The position numbers were made by a program, and so were the translations under genes. 56,905 nt of DNA, taken from Chloroflexota bacterium (GTDB taxonomy: Bacteria > Chloroflexota > Limnocylindria > Limnocylindrales > CSP1-4). The stretch is taken from assembly GCA_003141455.1 (NCBI GenBank), contig PLMA01000020.1:1-56905 (forward strand), read 5' to 3'. Below are positions 8,901 through 18,086 of this stretch, one piece after another (position 1 is the first letter of the stretch; each line of letters begins with the position of its first letter). Under the pieces are notes generated by a model. It had not been told where the DNA came from and ran no database searches. It worked only from the letters and a program-made list of their open reading frames with translations.

Positions 8901-10085
8901 ATGAGCGGCCGCGTGATCGTGGTCGGCTCGGTCAACATCGACCTTGTCGCGCGCGTTCCCCATTTGCCGCGTCCCGGTGAGACGGTCACGGGCGGCAGCT
9001 ACGAGCGTCACCAGGGCGGCAAAGGCGGCAACCAGGCCGTCGCCGCCTCCCGCCTTCGCCGCCCCACGCTGTTCATCGGCGCCGTCGGCGACGACACGTT
9101 CGAACAGGAGGCGAGGCGCGCCCTTTCGGCCGAGCGGGTCGACGTATCGATGGTCGCCTCGCTACCCGGGCAGCCGACCGGAGTCGCCCTGATCCTGGTC
9201 GACGCGGCCGGCGAGAACGAAATCGCGGTCATACCCGGCGCGAACGGAGCCATCGAGACCGGGTACGTCCGAGACTGTCTGGCCAGGCTGGGCCGCCTCG
9301 TGGGCGACGTGCTGCTCGTCTGCAACGAGGTCCCACTGCATGTCGTTCGGGAGGCGCTGGTATGCGGCTACGCGGCCGGCGCGACCACCATCCTAAACCC
9401 GGCGCCGGCGATCGGAATCGACCGTTCGATCTTCGGCCTGGCGGACATCGTGACGCCCAACCGCAATGAGCTGGCCACGCTGCTCCAGGCCGAGACCGGG
9501 CGGACCGGACGCAGAACCGACAGCCCCACCGACCCGACCGTCAGGGCGCGCACGCTTCTCTCCCGCGGACCAGACGGGCCCGGCGTTCGCAAGGCCGTCA
9601 TCGTGACCCTCGGCGCGGCGGGGGTGGCGGTTCTCGAGCGCGTGGATTCGGGCCTCGACGGAGTGATCCCGCCGCGCCCGGAGAGCGGCGACCTCGCGGC
9701 AGCCGGGGAGGCCGTGACCATGCCCGTGGCCTCGGCTCCGCAGACGGCAGTGACTTCGGCTTCGCAGACGGCGGCGGCCAATCCGGTCGAAGGGCCTGAC
9801 GTGGTCGCGGCCGTGGCCGCGCCGGTCGAGGACCCGCTCAGAGCGACCCGCGTTGGCGATCTGCGGATCTGGGAGGTCCCGGCCGCCGGTGTCTCGGCCG
9901 TCGACAGCACCGGCGCCGGCGACGCGTTCTGCGGCGCTCTAGCCGCGGCCCTGGCAGAGAGCCGTCCTCTGGCCGAGGCAGTGAACCGGGCCGTGGCCGC
10001 CGCCGGCCTGGCCACCACCCGCGTCGGGGCTCGGGAAGGGATGCCTACCGCAGCCGAGCTTGAGGAGTTCCTCGCCGCCCCCTAG
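8901..10085 (+). CDS. rbsK: ribokinase (PfkB family) with a large low-complexity insertion
   Basis: VVGSVNIDL, GGKGGNQAVA, LNPAPA, TPNRNE and VDSTGAGDAF motifs. Confidence 0.85.
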   Translation: MSGRVIVVGSVNIDLVARVPHLPRPGETVTGGSYERHQGGKGGNQAVAASRLRRPTLFIGAVGDDTFEQEARRALSAERVDVSMVASLPGQPTGVALILVDAAGENEIAVIPGANGAIETGYVRDCLARLGRLVGDVLLVCNEVPLHVVREALVCGYAAGATTILNPAPAIGIDRSIFGLADIVTPNRNELATLLQAETGRTGRRTDSPTDPTVRARTLLSRGPDGPGVRKAVIVTLGAAGVAVLERVDSGLDGVIPPRPESGDLAAAGEAVTMPVASAPQTAVTSASQTAAANPVEGPDVVAAVAAPVEDPLRATRVGDLRIWEVPAAGVSAVDSTGAGDAFCGALAAALAESRPLAEAVNRAVAAAGLATTRVGAREGMPTAAELEEFLAAP

Positions 10086-10108
10086 GGAGCGACCGCTGCA
10101 AAGGCGGC

Positions 10109-10951
10109 TCAGACACCCAGCTGGCGCGCGCGCAACGTCGCAAGCAACGGCCAGACGAACCGGGCCGCCAGGTAGCAGCCGAACGCGATCGTCGTCACGA
10201 AGAAGCTCACCGGCACCGTGATGACCAGGGCCAGGAGGATGCCGCCCACCGTCGCTACCAGGGCCACGGCCACGCTAACCGCCGTCGCCAGCCCCGGCTG
10301 AACGGTAAGCCGCTCGGCCGTGGCTCCGGGCGTGATCAGCAGCGTCAGGATCATCAGCACCCCAACCACCTGGACCGCCTCCGCGACCGCGGCCGCGAGC
10401 AAGAGCAGAAAGAGGATCGAGACGAGCCGAACCGGCACACCACGGGCCTCCGCGACAACGGGATCGACTGTGGCGAAGGTGAGCGGTCGGTACATCGCCC
10501 CGAGACCCACGATGGTCACCGCGGCCACAACCGTCAGGAGCAGGAGGTCACCTCGACTCACGGCCGTGACCGAACCGGTAAGCAGGATTGCGAAAGCCTC
10601 GCTCGCGTATCGGGGATAGAGCGTGATGAAGAGCACGCCGAGCCCGAGGCCGAAAGCCATGATCACGCCGACCACGGAGTCGCGCTCGCGAATGCGAACC
10701 CCCAGCGCCCCAATCAAGAGGGCCGTCAGCATCGATCCCGAGAGCAGCCCGAGGACCGGCGACAGGCCGATGAGGATGAAACCGGCCGAACCAGTGAAGC
10801 CGACCTCTGCCAGGGCGTGGACGGCGAAGGACATGTTGCGGGCGACGACGAACCGGCTGACGAGGCCCGCCACGACGGCGACCAGGAAGCCGGCGATCAG
10901 GGCTTTCTGGGCGAACTCGTAGCCGAGCAGGTGGACCAGCTGGTCGATCAT
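10109..10951 (-). CDS. Zn/Mn ABC transporter permease (ZnuB-like)
   Basis: MSFAVHALAE, TVDPVVAEARGV and VQVVGVLMI motifs with multiple TM helices. Confidence 0.9.
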   Translation of the reverse strand: MIDQLVHLLGYEFAQKALIAGFLVAVVAGLVSRFVVARNMSFAVHALAEVGFTGSAGFILIGLSPVLGLLSGSMLTALLIGALGVRIRERDSVVGVIMAFGLGLGVLFITLYPRYASEAFAILLTGSVTAVSRGDLLLLTVVAAVTIVGLGAMYRPLTFATVDPVVAEARGVPVRLVSILFLLLLAAAVAEAVQVVGVLMILTLLITPGATAERLTVQPGLATAVSVAVALVATVGGILLALVITVPVSFFVTTIAFGCYLAARFVWPLLATLRARQLGV

Positions 10952-12006
10952 GGGTGGGTCCCCACCGGCTCCGGGAAGTGGTGCGGCTCGTCGATATCGA
11001 AGCCCGCGCCGCTGCCCTCCCCAACGACCACGATGCGGCCCCGGACCCGCAGGACTTCGACCGGCGCGTCGTAGAGACCGGACATCGTTTCCGTCGTCAG
11101 GACCTCGTCGGTGCTGCCGGCGGCCCAGCGCCCGTTCACGACGAACACGACGCGGTCGGCGTAGCCGAGGACCGGGTTGACGTCGTGGGTGACGAAGACG
11201 ACCGTTCCGCGCTTCTGGCGGGCCCAGTCGCCGATCAGCTCGGTGATCTCCTGCTGGTAGCGCATGTCCAGGCTGGCCAGGGGCTCGTCGCAGAGCAGGA
11301 GCGCCGGTTCGCCGACGAGGGCCTGGGCGATGCGGAGCCGCTGCTGCTCCCCTCCAGAGAGGCGCCCGATCGGGGCGTCCGCGTACGGTCCGGCGGCCAC
11401 GGCCTCCAGGGCGGCTTCGACGCGGCGCCGGCCGTCGCGCGAGAGGCGTCCGAATCCCCAGCGATGGCCGTCCACGCCGAGGCCCACCAGATCGCGGCCG
11501 CGGAGCGGAACGTCCCGATCGAAGCCGGCATGCTGGGGGACGTAGCCGATCGCCGGGTCGCCGCGCCGCGGCGGATGGCCGAGCACGTCCAGCTGGCCTC
11601 CGGCAAGCGGCGCCAGCCCGAGCAGCGCCCGCAAGAGAGAGGTCTTGCCCGATCCGTTGGGTCCGAGCACGGCGAGGAACTCGCCGGGCCGCACGGTCAG
11701 CGACAGCTCGGACCAGACGACGCGATCGCCGTAGGCCAGCGTCGCGCGGTCGAAGCACATCGCCGGCTCCTCCTCGGCCGCCGGTGCCACTGCGCCGCGA
11801 CGCCGGAAGCGGGGCGGCGCCTCCGCCGGTCCTGCGGGCGCGGCTCCGGTCGTGACGCCGGGCGCGGTCCCGGTCGCCGTTCCGGGCGCGGTCCCGGTCG
11901 GGGCTCCGGATCCGGCGCCGTGTGTCGCCGCTGGCGCGTCCCCGGTCGTGACGCCGGGCGCGGCTCCTGCGCGATCCATTCCGCTTGTGAGCCCGTCCTC
12001 GCTCAT
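10948..12006 (-). CDS. Zn/Mn ABC transporter ATPase (ZnuC-like) with repetitive N-terminal extension
   Basis: GPNGSGKT, LSGGEQQR, LLLCDEP and VTHD motifs. Confidence 0.92.
   Translation of the reverse strand: MSEDGLTSGMDRAGAAPGVTTGDAPAATHGAGSGAPTGTAPGTATGTAPGVTTGAAPAGPAEAPPRFRRRGAVAPAAEEEPAMCFDRATLAYGDRVVWSELSLTVRPGEFLAVLGPNGSGKTSLLRALLGLAPLAGGQLDVLGHPPRRGDPAIGYVPQHAGFDRDVPLRGRDLVGLGVDGHRWGFGRLSRDGRRRVEAALEAVAAGPYADAPIGRLSGGEQQRLRIAQALVGEPALLLCDEPLASLDMRYQQEITELIGDWARQKRGTVVFVTHDVNPVLGYADRVVFVVNGRWAAGSTDEVLTTETMSGLYDAPVEVLRVRGRIVVVGEGSGAGFDIDEPHHFPEPVGTHP
11836..11970. repeat. 24-bp degenerate coding tandem repeats (APGVTTG / APGTATG)
   Basis: GGGCGCGG(CT/TC)CCGGTCG... units start at 11836, 11860 and 11884, with another copy near 11933-11970. 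Confidence 0.7.
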
Positions 12007-12917
12007 CGGCCTCCTCCGAGCGCGGTCGCTATCTCGTCGAGCTGCGCCAGCTGCCAGTCCACGAAGCTCTCGTTCTGCCTGGGGATCGTTTCCGAGACGC
12101 CGACCACCGGCACGCCGTACTGGCCGGCCATCGACTTGATCGACTCCGTGACCGGCGACGTGGCCTGGCTGTTGTACAGGAGCAGGCTGACCTTGTGTCC
12201 GGTCAGAAGGTCCTGCTGGGCGGCCACGTCGGCCGGAGCCGGCTCCGTGCCGTTCTCGATCGCTCGGGCGAACCCCTGCGGCGTGAGCGACTTGAAGCCC
12301 AGAGCTGCTATGAGATCGCCCGCAACGGGTTCCGTGTACGCGACCGCCGCCCCCGGGAAGCGGGCCTTGATCTCGGCGATCCTGGCGTTGAGCGGCGCAA
12401 ACGAGTCCAGGTAGGTCGCGAGGTTGGCCTCGAAGGTCGCCCTCGAATCCGGTTCGATCTGCTCCAGCGCATCGGCCACTGCGCGGGCCACCCTGGGCAT
12501 CGTCGCCGGGTCGTACCAGACATGCGTGTTCGAGCCGTCCTGCAGGCCGAGCAGCTGCTGAACGTTGATCACCTTACGATCGGACCGGGGCGAGGCGCCC
12601 AGGAGGTGGTCCAGGAAGGCGTCGTAGCCGAGCCCGTTCTCCACGACGAGCGTCGCGTCGGCCACTGCCTCAGCGCTCTGGGCGCTGCTCTCGTACGTGT
12701 GCGGGTCGACGGCGGGATCGCTGATGATGCTCGTGACACGGACCCTCTCACCGCCTACCCGGGCGATGAGATCGCCGTAGAAGTTCTCCCCGGCGACGGC
12801 GACGATCTTTCCGTCGGAGGAGCCCGTCGGCGAGCCGCAGCCCCAGACGCCGGCCATGAGCATCGGAATGGCGACGAGGGCGGGCAAGCGGCCGCGGTGC
12901 CCCGCGTCGCGGCTCAT
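12003..12917 (-). CDS. Zn/Mn ABC substrate-binding lipoprotein (ZnuA/TroA family)
   Basis: Lipobox WGC, DPHTYE, NGLGYD, NTHVWYDP and TEP motifs. Confidence 0.92.
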   Translation of the reverse strand: MSRDAGHRGRLPALVAIPMLMAGVWGCGSPTGSSDGKIVAVAGENFYGDLIARVGGERVRVTSIISDPAVDPHTYESSAQSAEAVADATLVVENGLGYDAFLDHLLGASPRSDRKVINVQQLLGLQDGSNTHVWYDPATMPRVARAVADALEQIEPDSRATFEANLATYLDSFAPLNARIAEIKARFPGAAVAYTEPVAGDLIAALGFKSLTPQGFARAIENGTEPAPADVAAQQDLLTGHKVSLLLYNSQATSPVTESIKSMAGQYGVPVVGVSETIPRQNESFVDWQLAQLDEIATALGGGR

Positions 12918-13384
12918 GCCGGGCCTTCCCGGTCAGCGGCGACGGCGGCCCCGGTGCCAGCGCCGGCGCACAGCGGGCAGATCCCGAACAGCTCCAGGCG
13001 ATGGGTCTCGATGCGATAGCCGTTGCGGCGGCCGATCTCGTCCACAAGGCGGGCAAGCTCGCCGTCTGCGACGTCGACGCTCCGGCCGCAGCGCGAGCAG
13101 ACCAGGTGGTGGTGATGCTCGTCGGGATCGCACAAGACGTAGGCGTGGGAGCGGTTCGGCAGGTCCAGGCGCTCCACCACGCGAAGAGAAGTGAGCAGCT
13201 CCAGCGCCCGAAAGACCGTGGCCCGACCGACCTTTGCGCGCCGCTGCCGGGCCCGGTCCTGGAGATCGGCGGCGGAGAAGTGGCCCCGCGAACCCGCGAC
13301 CAGTTCGGCCATCAGCCGTCGACTCGGAGTGGTCTGGTAGCCCGCGTCTTCGAATGCCCGGACGATCCGGGTTGTCTGGTCCAT
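12914..13384 (-). CDS. Fur-family regulator (Zur-like)
   Basis: ATVFRALELL helix, HHHHLVCSRCG and GICPLC; first gene of the metal ABC operon. Confidence 0.9.
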   Translation of the reverse strand: MDQTTRIVRAFEDAGYQTTPSRRLMAELVAGSRGHFSAADLQDRARQRRAKVGRATVFRALELLTSLRVVERLDLPNRSHAYVLCDPDEHHHHLVCSRCGRSVDVADGELARLVDEIGRRNGYRIETHRLELFGICPLCAGAGTGAAVAADREGPA

Positions 13385-13393
13385 GCGCTCGCC

Positions 13394-13437
13394 TGATACT
13401 CAGTCTCACCCAAGCAGGCAGATGATACCAGGTCTCA
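13394..13437. promoter_or_regulatory. two 15-bp Fur/Zur-like operator boxes overlapping the promoter
   Basis: TGATACTCAGTCTCA (13394-13408) and TGATACCAGGTCTCA (13423-13437); the second overlaps a TG-G-TATCAT extended -10 on the minus strand. Confidence 0.65.
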
Positions 13438-13597
13438 TCTGCGAGGAGGGCGCCGGCCGGAAGACCGGATCGCGCCAGCCCCGTTCCGCCGAACGGTCTC
13501 GGGTACCATATGCGAGCGCTTGGCCTGGCCATAGGAGGCGTGTGCCCGGAATTCCCCGGGTGACCGGCGCGAACTCGCAGAGGAAACAGCAAGGGCG

Positions 13598-14110
13598 ATG
13601 GCAGACACGCGGATTGGTACGGGGACCTCCGGGGGCTCCTTGTGGAGCCGGATCAGACATATCCACCCCGGTCTTGTCCTTGCGACGCTGGACTTGATCG
13701 GGCTCGCGATCGCCTCCTATCTCTCCTACGAGGAGCTCATTCCGGGCGGCGAGGTCCAGTGCGGTCCAATCGGCGGCTGCCAGGCGGTGGCGCACAGCGC
13801 CTATTCGCGCCCGTTCGCCGGCATCCCCGTTGCGGTCTACGGCGTGATCCTGTCTATCACGCTCTTCTGTCTGGCGATCTACTGGTGGCGGACGAACGAC
13901 TATCGGATCCTGCTCGCCCACTACGGTCTCTCGCTGGTGGGAGTCCTGTTCGAAGGCTGGTTCCAGTTCGCCCAGATATTCTTGATCCATGCCGTCTGCA
14001 TCTGGTGTGAGTCGTACGGCCTATCCCTGATCCTGCGCTTCGTAATAGCCCTGTGGGTCTTCCTGCGCACGCCCAACCCCAACGCGGCCCAGGCGGAAGA
14101 TCCCACCTGA
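13598..14110 (+). CDS. vitamin K epoxide reductase (VKOR) family protein
   Basis: CGPIGGCQAVAHSAYS, GIPVAVYG and a CIWC redox motif; four TM segments. Confidence 0.92.
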   Translation: MADTRIGTGTSGGSLWSRIRHIHPGLVLATLDLIGLAIASYLSYEELIPGGEVQCGPIGGCQAVAHSAYSRPFAGIPVAVYGVILSITLFCLAIYWWRTNDYRILLAHYGLSLVGVLFEGWFQFAQIFLIHAVCIWCESYGLSLILRFVIALWVFLRTPNPNAAQAEDPT

Positions 14111-14149
14111 CGGGCTCGTCGTCACGAATCATCCAAGAAGGAATCCGCA

Positions 14150-15118
14150 ATGACAGACAACCGCCCAACCGGACGCCAAAAAACCCCGGGCAAGAACGTG
14201 CCTCCGACGAGCCGGCGCTCGGCCCGGCAGCAGCGTCTGGCCAACAGGGAGGCGAACCGTTCCCTCACAAAGGCCAGCACCCACGGCTCGAGCGGCGGCT
14301 CCCATATGCTCCTCATCGGCTCGACCGTAGCGATCGTCGCCGTAATGGCGATCATCGCGGGGGTCTGGTTCGCCACCCGCGCGCCGGCGTTCAGCGAAGC
14401 GCCGATCGCTCCTGGCCTCGTGACTCCGTCGGGTATCCCGTCGACCGGGAGAACGCTCGGTCAGGCGAACGCCCCGGTGACGATCGATCTTTGGGGCGAT
14501 TTCCGCTGCACATTCTGCTTCAACTTCACCGCCGTCCAGGAGCCCCAGCTCGTCCAGAACTACGTCAGCACAGGCAAGGCCAAGCTCGTATGGCATGACT
14601 TCACGGTCGTCGACAATCTCCAGCCTGGTGTGACGGAATCCCGAGACGCCGCGAACGCCGCCTTGTGCGCCGCGGATCAGGGCAAGTTCTGGACGATGCA
14701 CGACTGGCTCTACGCAAACCAGTCGGCTGACGAAAGCCCGGGCGCCTTCACCCAGGATCGGCTTCTAGCGATCGGCAAGGACGCCGGCCTGGATACCACA
14801 AAGTACAACCCGTGCGTCCAGCAAGGGTCGCATCTGTCTGACATCCAGGCGGAGCAGAGCAGCAAGCCGGCGGACATCGCGGGCACGCCGGCGATCCAGG
14901 TGAACGGCAAGCAAATCCAGGGCCCGCCCGACCCTACCAGCGGGCAGCCAACCGTGCCCGACTACGCCACGATCGCGGCCGCTATCGACGGGGCGCTGAA
15001 TCCTTCCGCCAGCCCCGCCGCGAGCGGGTCGGTGAGCCCGTCGGCGAGTCCGTCGGCCAGCACCGCCCCCACCACGGCTCCGACGCCGAGCGCCTCGCCG
15101 TCGGCCAGCCCATCGTGA
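14150..15118 (+). CDS. membrane-anchored DsbA/BdbD-like thiol-disulfide oxidoreductase
   Basis: DFRCTFC, GKFWTMHDWLY and GTP cis-Pro; N-terminal TM and S/P-rich C-terminal tail. Confidence 0.9.
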   Translation: MTDNRPTGRQKTPGKNVPPTSRRSARQQRLANREANRSLTKASTHGSSGGSHMLLIGSTVAIVAVMAIIAGVWFATRAPAFSEAPIAPGLVTPSGIPSTGRTLGQANAPVTIDLWGDFRCTFCFNFTAVQEPQLVQNYVSTGKAKLVWHDFTVVDNLQPGVTESRDAANAALCAADQGKFWTMHDWLYANQSADESPGAFTQDRLLAIGKDAGLDTTKYNPCVQQGSHLSDIQAEQSSKPADIAGTPAIQVNGKQIQGPPDPTSGQPTVPDYATIAAAIDGALNPSASPAASGSVSPSASPSASTAPTTAPTPSASPSASPS

Positions 15119-15156
15119 GGTAGGGCTCCGTTCGGGCCACGCGCCAGTAACGTAAC

Positions 15157-15180
15157 GACGGCGCCCGCAAGGGCGCCGTC
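15157..15180. terminator. hairpin between convergent genes
   Basis: GACGGCGCCC-GCAA-GGGCGCCGTC, perfect 10-bp stem with GNRA loop. Confidence 0.65.
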
Positions 15181-15216
15181 CCGTTTCCGCCGGACGCGCC
15201 GGCCGGTGCCGCCCGG

Positions 15217-15945
15217 CTACTCCCGGGCGATCGCCTCCATGGCCTCGAGTTGTCGTCGCAATTCGGTTGCGGCCTTCCACGACTCAGCCGCGGCCGCTTC
15301 GACGCGCTGGCTTTCGCGCGAGCTCCAATCCACCAGCCAACGGTTGGTATCGCGCAGGCCTCGTGTTCGCGCCACTCGTTCGCGGACGGACTGGATGAAG
15401 GCGTAGTACAGGGCCTCCGGAGCGGCCTGCGCGATCAGGGCCTCTGCGCCCGGCACGAAGTCGATCGGCACCTTCAGCCGGCCAACGAAGGCCCCGACTT
15501 CGGCGGCGAGCGGATCGGTTTCCTGGCTGTGCCCGCTCCAGCGCAGTATCGGCGCTTGTGAACCGAAGCCGACCAGTACCGTACCGTCCGAGTTCATCTG
15601 GGCATTCAGCGCCCCGCCGAAGCTCAGGAACTCGTTACGGACGCCCAGCCGGTCGGTCAAGGCGATGCGGCCCCACGAGAAACCGCCGACCAGGGGGAGG
15701 CGCGTCTCTCGGTCGAGGCGGGCGGCCCGTCCGCGAGCCCCCTCGGTGATCCAGTAGTCGATCGACTCGGGATCGAAATGCTTGAGGGTCGGCACCGGAC
15801 GAAGGGCAACCAGCAGGTGGCTGGTTTCATCACCGCTCGTCCTGTCGGGCTCCACGAGCTGGAAACCCAGGCCGGCCAGCAACCGAGCGGCCTGCTCCGG
15901 CCACCGGTCATCGGCGGAAGCGGCGGAGCGCGGATCGGTGGTCAT
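15217..15945 (-). CDS. hypothetical protein
   Basis: Protein-like composition from MTTDPRS onward, GC3-biased codons and a TATGGT -10 just upstream; family not recognised. Confidence 0.7.
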   Translation of the reverse strand: MTTDPRSAASADDRWPEQAARLLAGLGFQLVEPDRTSGDETSHLLVALRPVPTLKHFDPESIDYWITEGARGRAARLDRETRLPLVGGFSWGRIALTDRLGVRNEFLSFGGALNAQMNSDGTVLVGFGSQAPILRWSGHSQETDPLAAEVGAFVGRLKVPIDFVPGAEALIAQAAPEALYYAFIQSVRERVARTRGLRDTNRWLVDWSSRESQRVEAAAAESWKAATELRRQLEAMEAIARE

Positions 15946-16009
15946 GGCCAGAAGACCATAGCCTCCCCCGCCGACGCTGTCACGGCGAATGCGCAGCGCC
16001 GCCGCGTCC

Positions 16010-17011
16010 TCACTCCCGGGCGAGGGCGTCGGTCGGGACAACCTCGGCGCCCACCGCGCGCCGGCCCCAGCCGAGCCGAATGAGGGCCACGACGCCGCCG
16101 GTGGAGCTGACCGCCAGCGTGATGACGTGGACCAGCAGCGCCAAAGCGAGGCCCTCGGCTGCCGCGAACCCGAAAGCCGCGGCGATGGTCTGGCCGGCAT
16201 ACTCGAAGGTGCCCAGGTAGCCGGGGCCGGACGGGATCGCGGTCGCCAGGTTGGTGCCGGCCGCCAGCAGCGCCGCCTCGCCGACGGTCAGCTGTATGCC
16301 GAGAGCCTGCCCGACGGCCAGAACCGCGAGTACCGTGCAGCTCCACGCAGCCACGCTCAGGATCGCCGCGACGGCGATCGTCTTGGGCAGAGCGGCGACG
16401 CGCAGACCGTCGCGGAGTCGCGTGGCGACGCCCACGATCCGCGGCCAGCGGCTCAGATACGCCGCGACCCGCCCCGCGCCCGGAAGCCTGTGCGCTGCCA
16501 GGGCCACGGCCAGCGCCACGCACAGAAGGCCGGCCAGAGCCACGCCCACCAGGATCGCACTCACCACGACGCCACGGACGTTGAGGATCAGGATCGATGC
16601 CGCACCTATCCCGACCAGCACCACCGTATCGACGACTCGCTCCACGACCACCGTGCCGAGCGTGGCGCTGCGGCTGATCCCCTCGCGGTCACCCAGGTAG
16701 TGGCTTCGGACAAGCTCGCCCAGGCGGGCCGGCAAGACGTTGTTGGCGAGGTACCCGACCAGCATGTAGGCGCTAAGGCGGCGCAACGGAACGGCATGGA
16801 TCGGGGCGATCAGGCCCTGCCAGCGGAGCGCCCGGAAGGCCAGGTCGGCGGCTACGCCTCCGACGGCGAGCACCAGCCAGAGTGGATTGGCTCCGCCGAG
16901 GACCTGCGCCGTGTGGCCGAGGTCCACGCCGCGCAGGACCAGGTACACGCAGACGACCGAGATGACGAGGCCGATGCCGCTTCGAGCGATACCCGTCGTG
17001 AGGCGCCTCAC
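16010..17011 (-). CDS. lysylphosphatidylglycerol-synthase-TM / flippase-like membrane protein
   Basis: RALRW, GYLANNVLPARLGELVR, ERVVD and PSGPGYLGTFE motifs. Confidence 0.88.
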   Translation of the reverse strand: MRRLTTGIARSGIGLVISVVCVYLVLRGVDLGHTAQVLGGANPLWLVLAVGGVAADLAFRALRWQGLIAPIHAVPLRRLSAYMLVGYLANNVLPARLGELVRSHYLGDREGISRSATLGTVVVERVVDTVVLVGIGAASILILNVRGVVVSAILVGVALAGLLCVALAVALAAHRLPGAGRVAAYLSRWPRIVGVATRLRDGLRVAALPKTIAVAAILSVAAWSCTVLAVLAVGQALGIQLTVGEAALLAAGTNLATAIPSGPGYLGTFEYAGQTIAAAFGFAAAEGLALALLVHVITLAVSSTGGVVALIRLGWGRRAVGAEVVPTDALARE

Positions 17012-17877
17012 CGTGACGTCGTCTTCCGCCCGGCGAGCTTCCTGGAGCGCCGAACGCGCAGGCGATGGAGCATGAAGCGCGCGATCACGCGCAGCGTCGA
17101 AAGGCCGTAGACGACGCTGCGCCGGAAATTGACCGAGCTTGCCTCCTTGAAATACCGCGTCGGCACGGCGATCTCGCCGATGCGCATCCGCGTCGCCACC
17201 GCCTGGGCAACCAGCTCCTGGTCGAAGACGAAGTCGTTGCTGTTGAGGTGGTACGGGATCGTCTCAAGCAGGCCGCGGCTGTAGGCTCGGAATCCGGTGT
17301 GATACTCGGACAGGTGGAGCCCAAAGGCGAGGTTCTCCAGCGTCGTGAGCACGCGGTTGCTTACGAACTTCCAGCGCGGCATGCCGCCCGCGAGGGGATC
17401 GCCCAGGAAGCGACTGCCGAGCATCAGGTCCTTGGTACCATCGAGGATGGGCCGGACCAGGGCCGGGATGCGCGTGGCGTCGTACTGGTAGTCGGGGTGG
17501 AGCATGACGACGGCATCGGCGCCGGCCTCGAGCGCGGCGTCGTAGCAGGTCTTCTGGTTGCCGCCATAGCCGAGGTTCTGGCGGTGGATGATCACGTCCA
17601 GCCCGAGTTGGCGGGCGACGGCGACGGTGTCGTCGCGCGAAACATCGTCCACGAGAATGATCTTCGCCACTCCCGAGCTCGGGATGTCCCGGTATGTCCG
17701 CTCCAGCGTCCTGGCGGCGTTGTAGGCGGGCATGACGACAACGACGCGCCCCTCCGACGCCACAGGAGCGGCATCGGCCGCGGCGGGGGTGGCATCAGTT
17801 GCGACAGGGGCGGCATCGGTGGCGCGTCCGGCACCGGCGTTGTGGTCTCTGGCCGGTTTCGGCCTCTTCTCTGGCAC
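17008..17877 (-). CDS. GT2 glycosyltransferase (polyprenyl-phosphate sugar synthase-like)
   Basis: VMPAYNAA, VDDVSRD, GYGGNQK, HPDYQY and GSRF motifs. Confidence 0.92.
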   Translation of the reverse strand: MPEKRPKPARDHNAGAGRATDAAPVATDATPAAADAAPVASEGRVVVVMPAYNAARTLERTYRDIPSSGVAKIILVDDVSRDDTVAVARQLGLDVIIHRQNLGYGGNQKTCYDAALEAGADAVVMLHPDYQYDATRIPALVRPILDGTKDLMLGSRFLGDPLAGGMPRWKFVSNRVLTTLENLAFGLHLSEYHTGFRAYSRGLLETIPYHLNSNDFVFDQELVAQAVATRMRIGEIAVPTRYFKEASSVNFRRSVVYGLSTLRVIARFMLHRLRVRRSRKLAGRKTTSR

Positions 17878-18086
17878 GACGATAGCCTACCGTAGCCGAC
17901 CGGCCGGGCGCGGACCGCCTCCACAGGCGCACCGCCCCCACAGCCGTGCCGCTGCCACATCCGTGCCGCGACCGGGATCGCGGCATCTGCCCGCCTGGCT
18001 TGGGGCCATCCCGCATGCCACACCGATGCTACGATCGCGGTCGTCCCATCGCACCATCGTCCGCTCCTATCGAAGGTGAAGGATCA

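Noticed and set aside
9636-9869. intein in ribokinase
   Set aside because: No N-terminal Cys/Ser block or C-terminal His-Asn; composition is simple low complexity.
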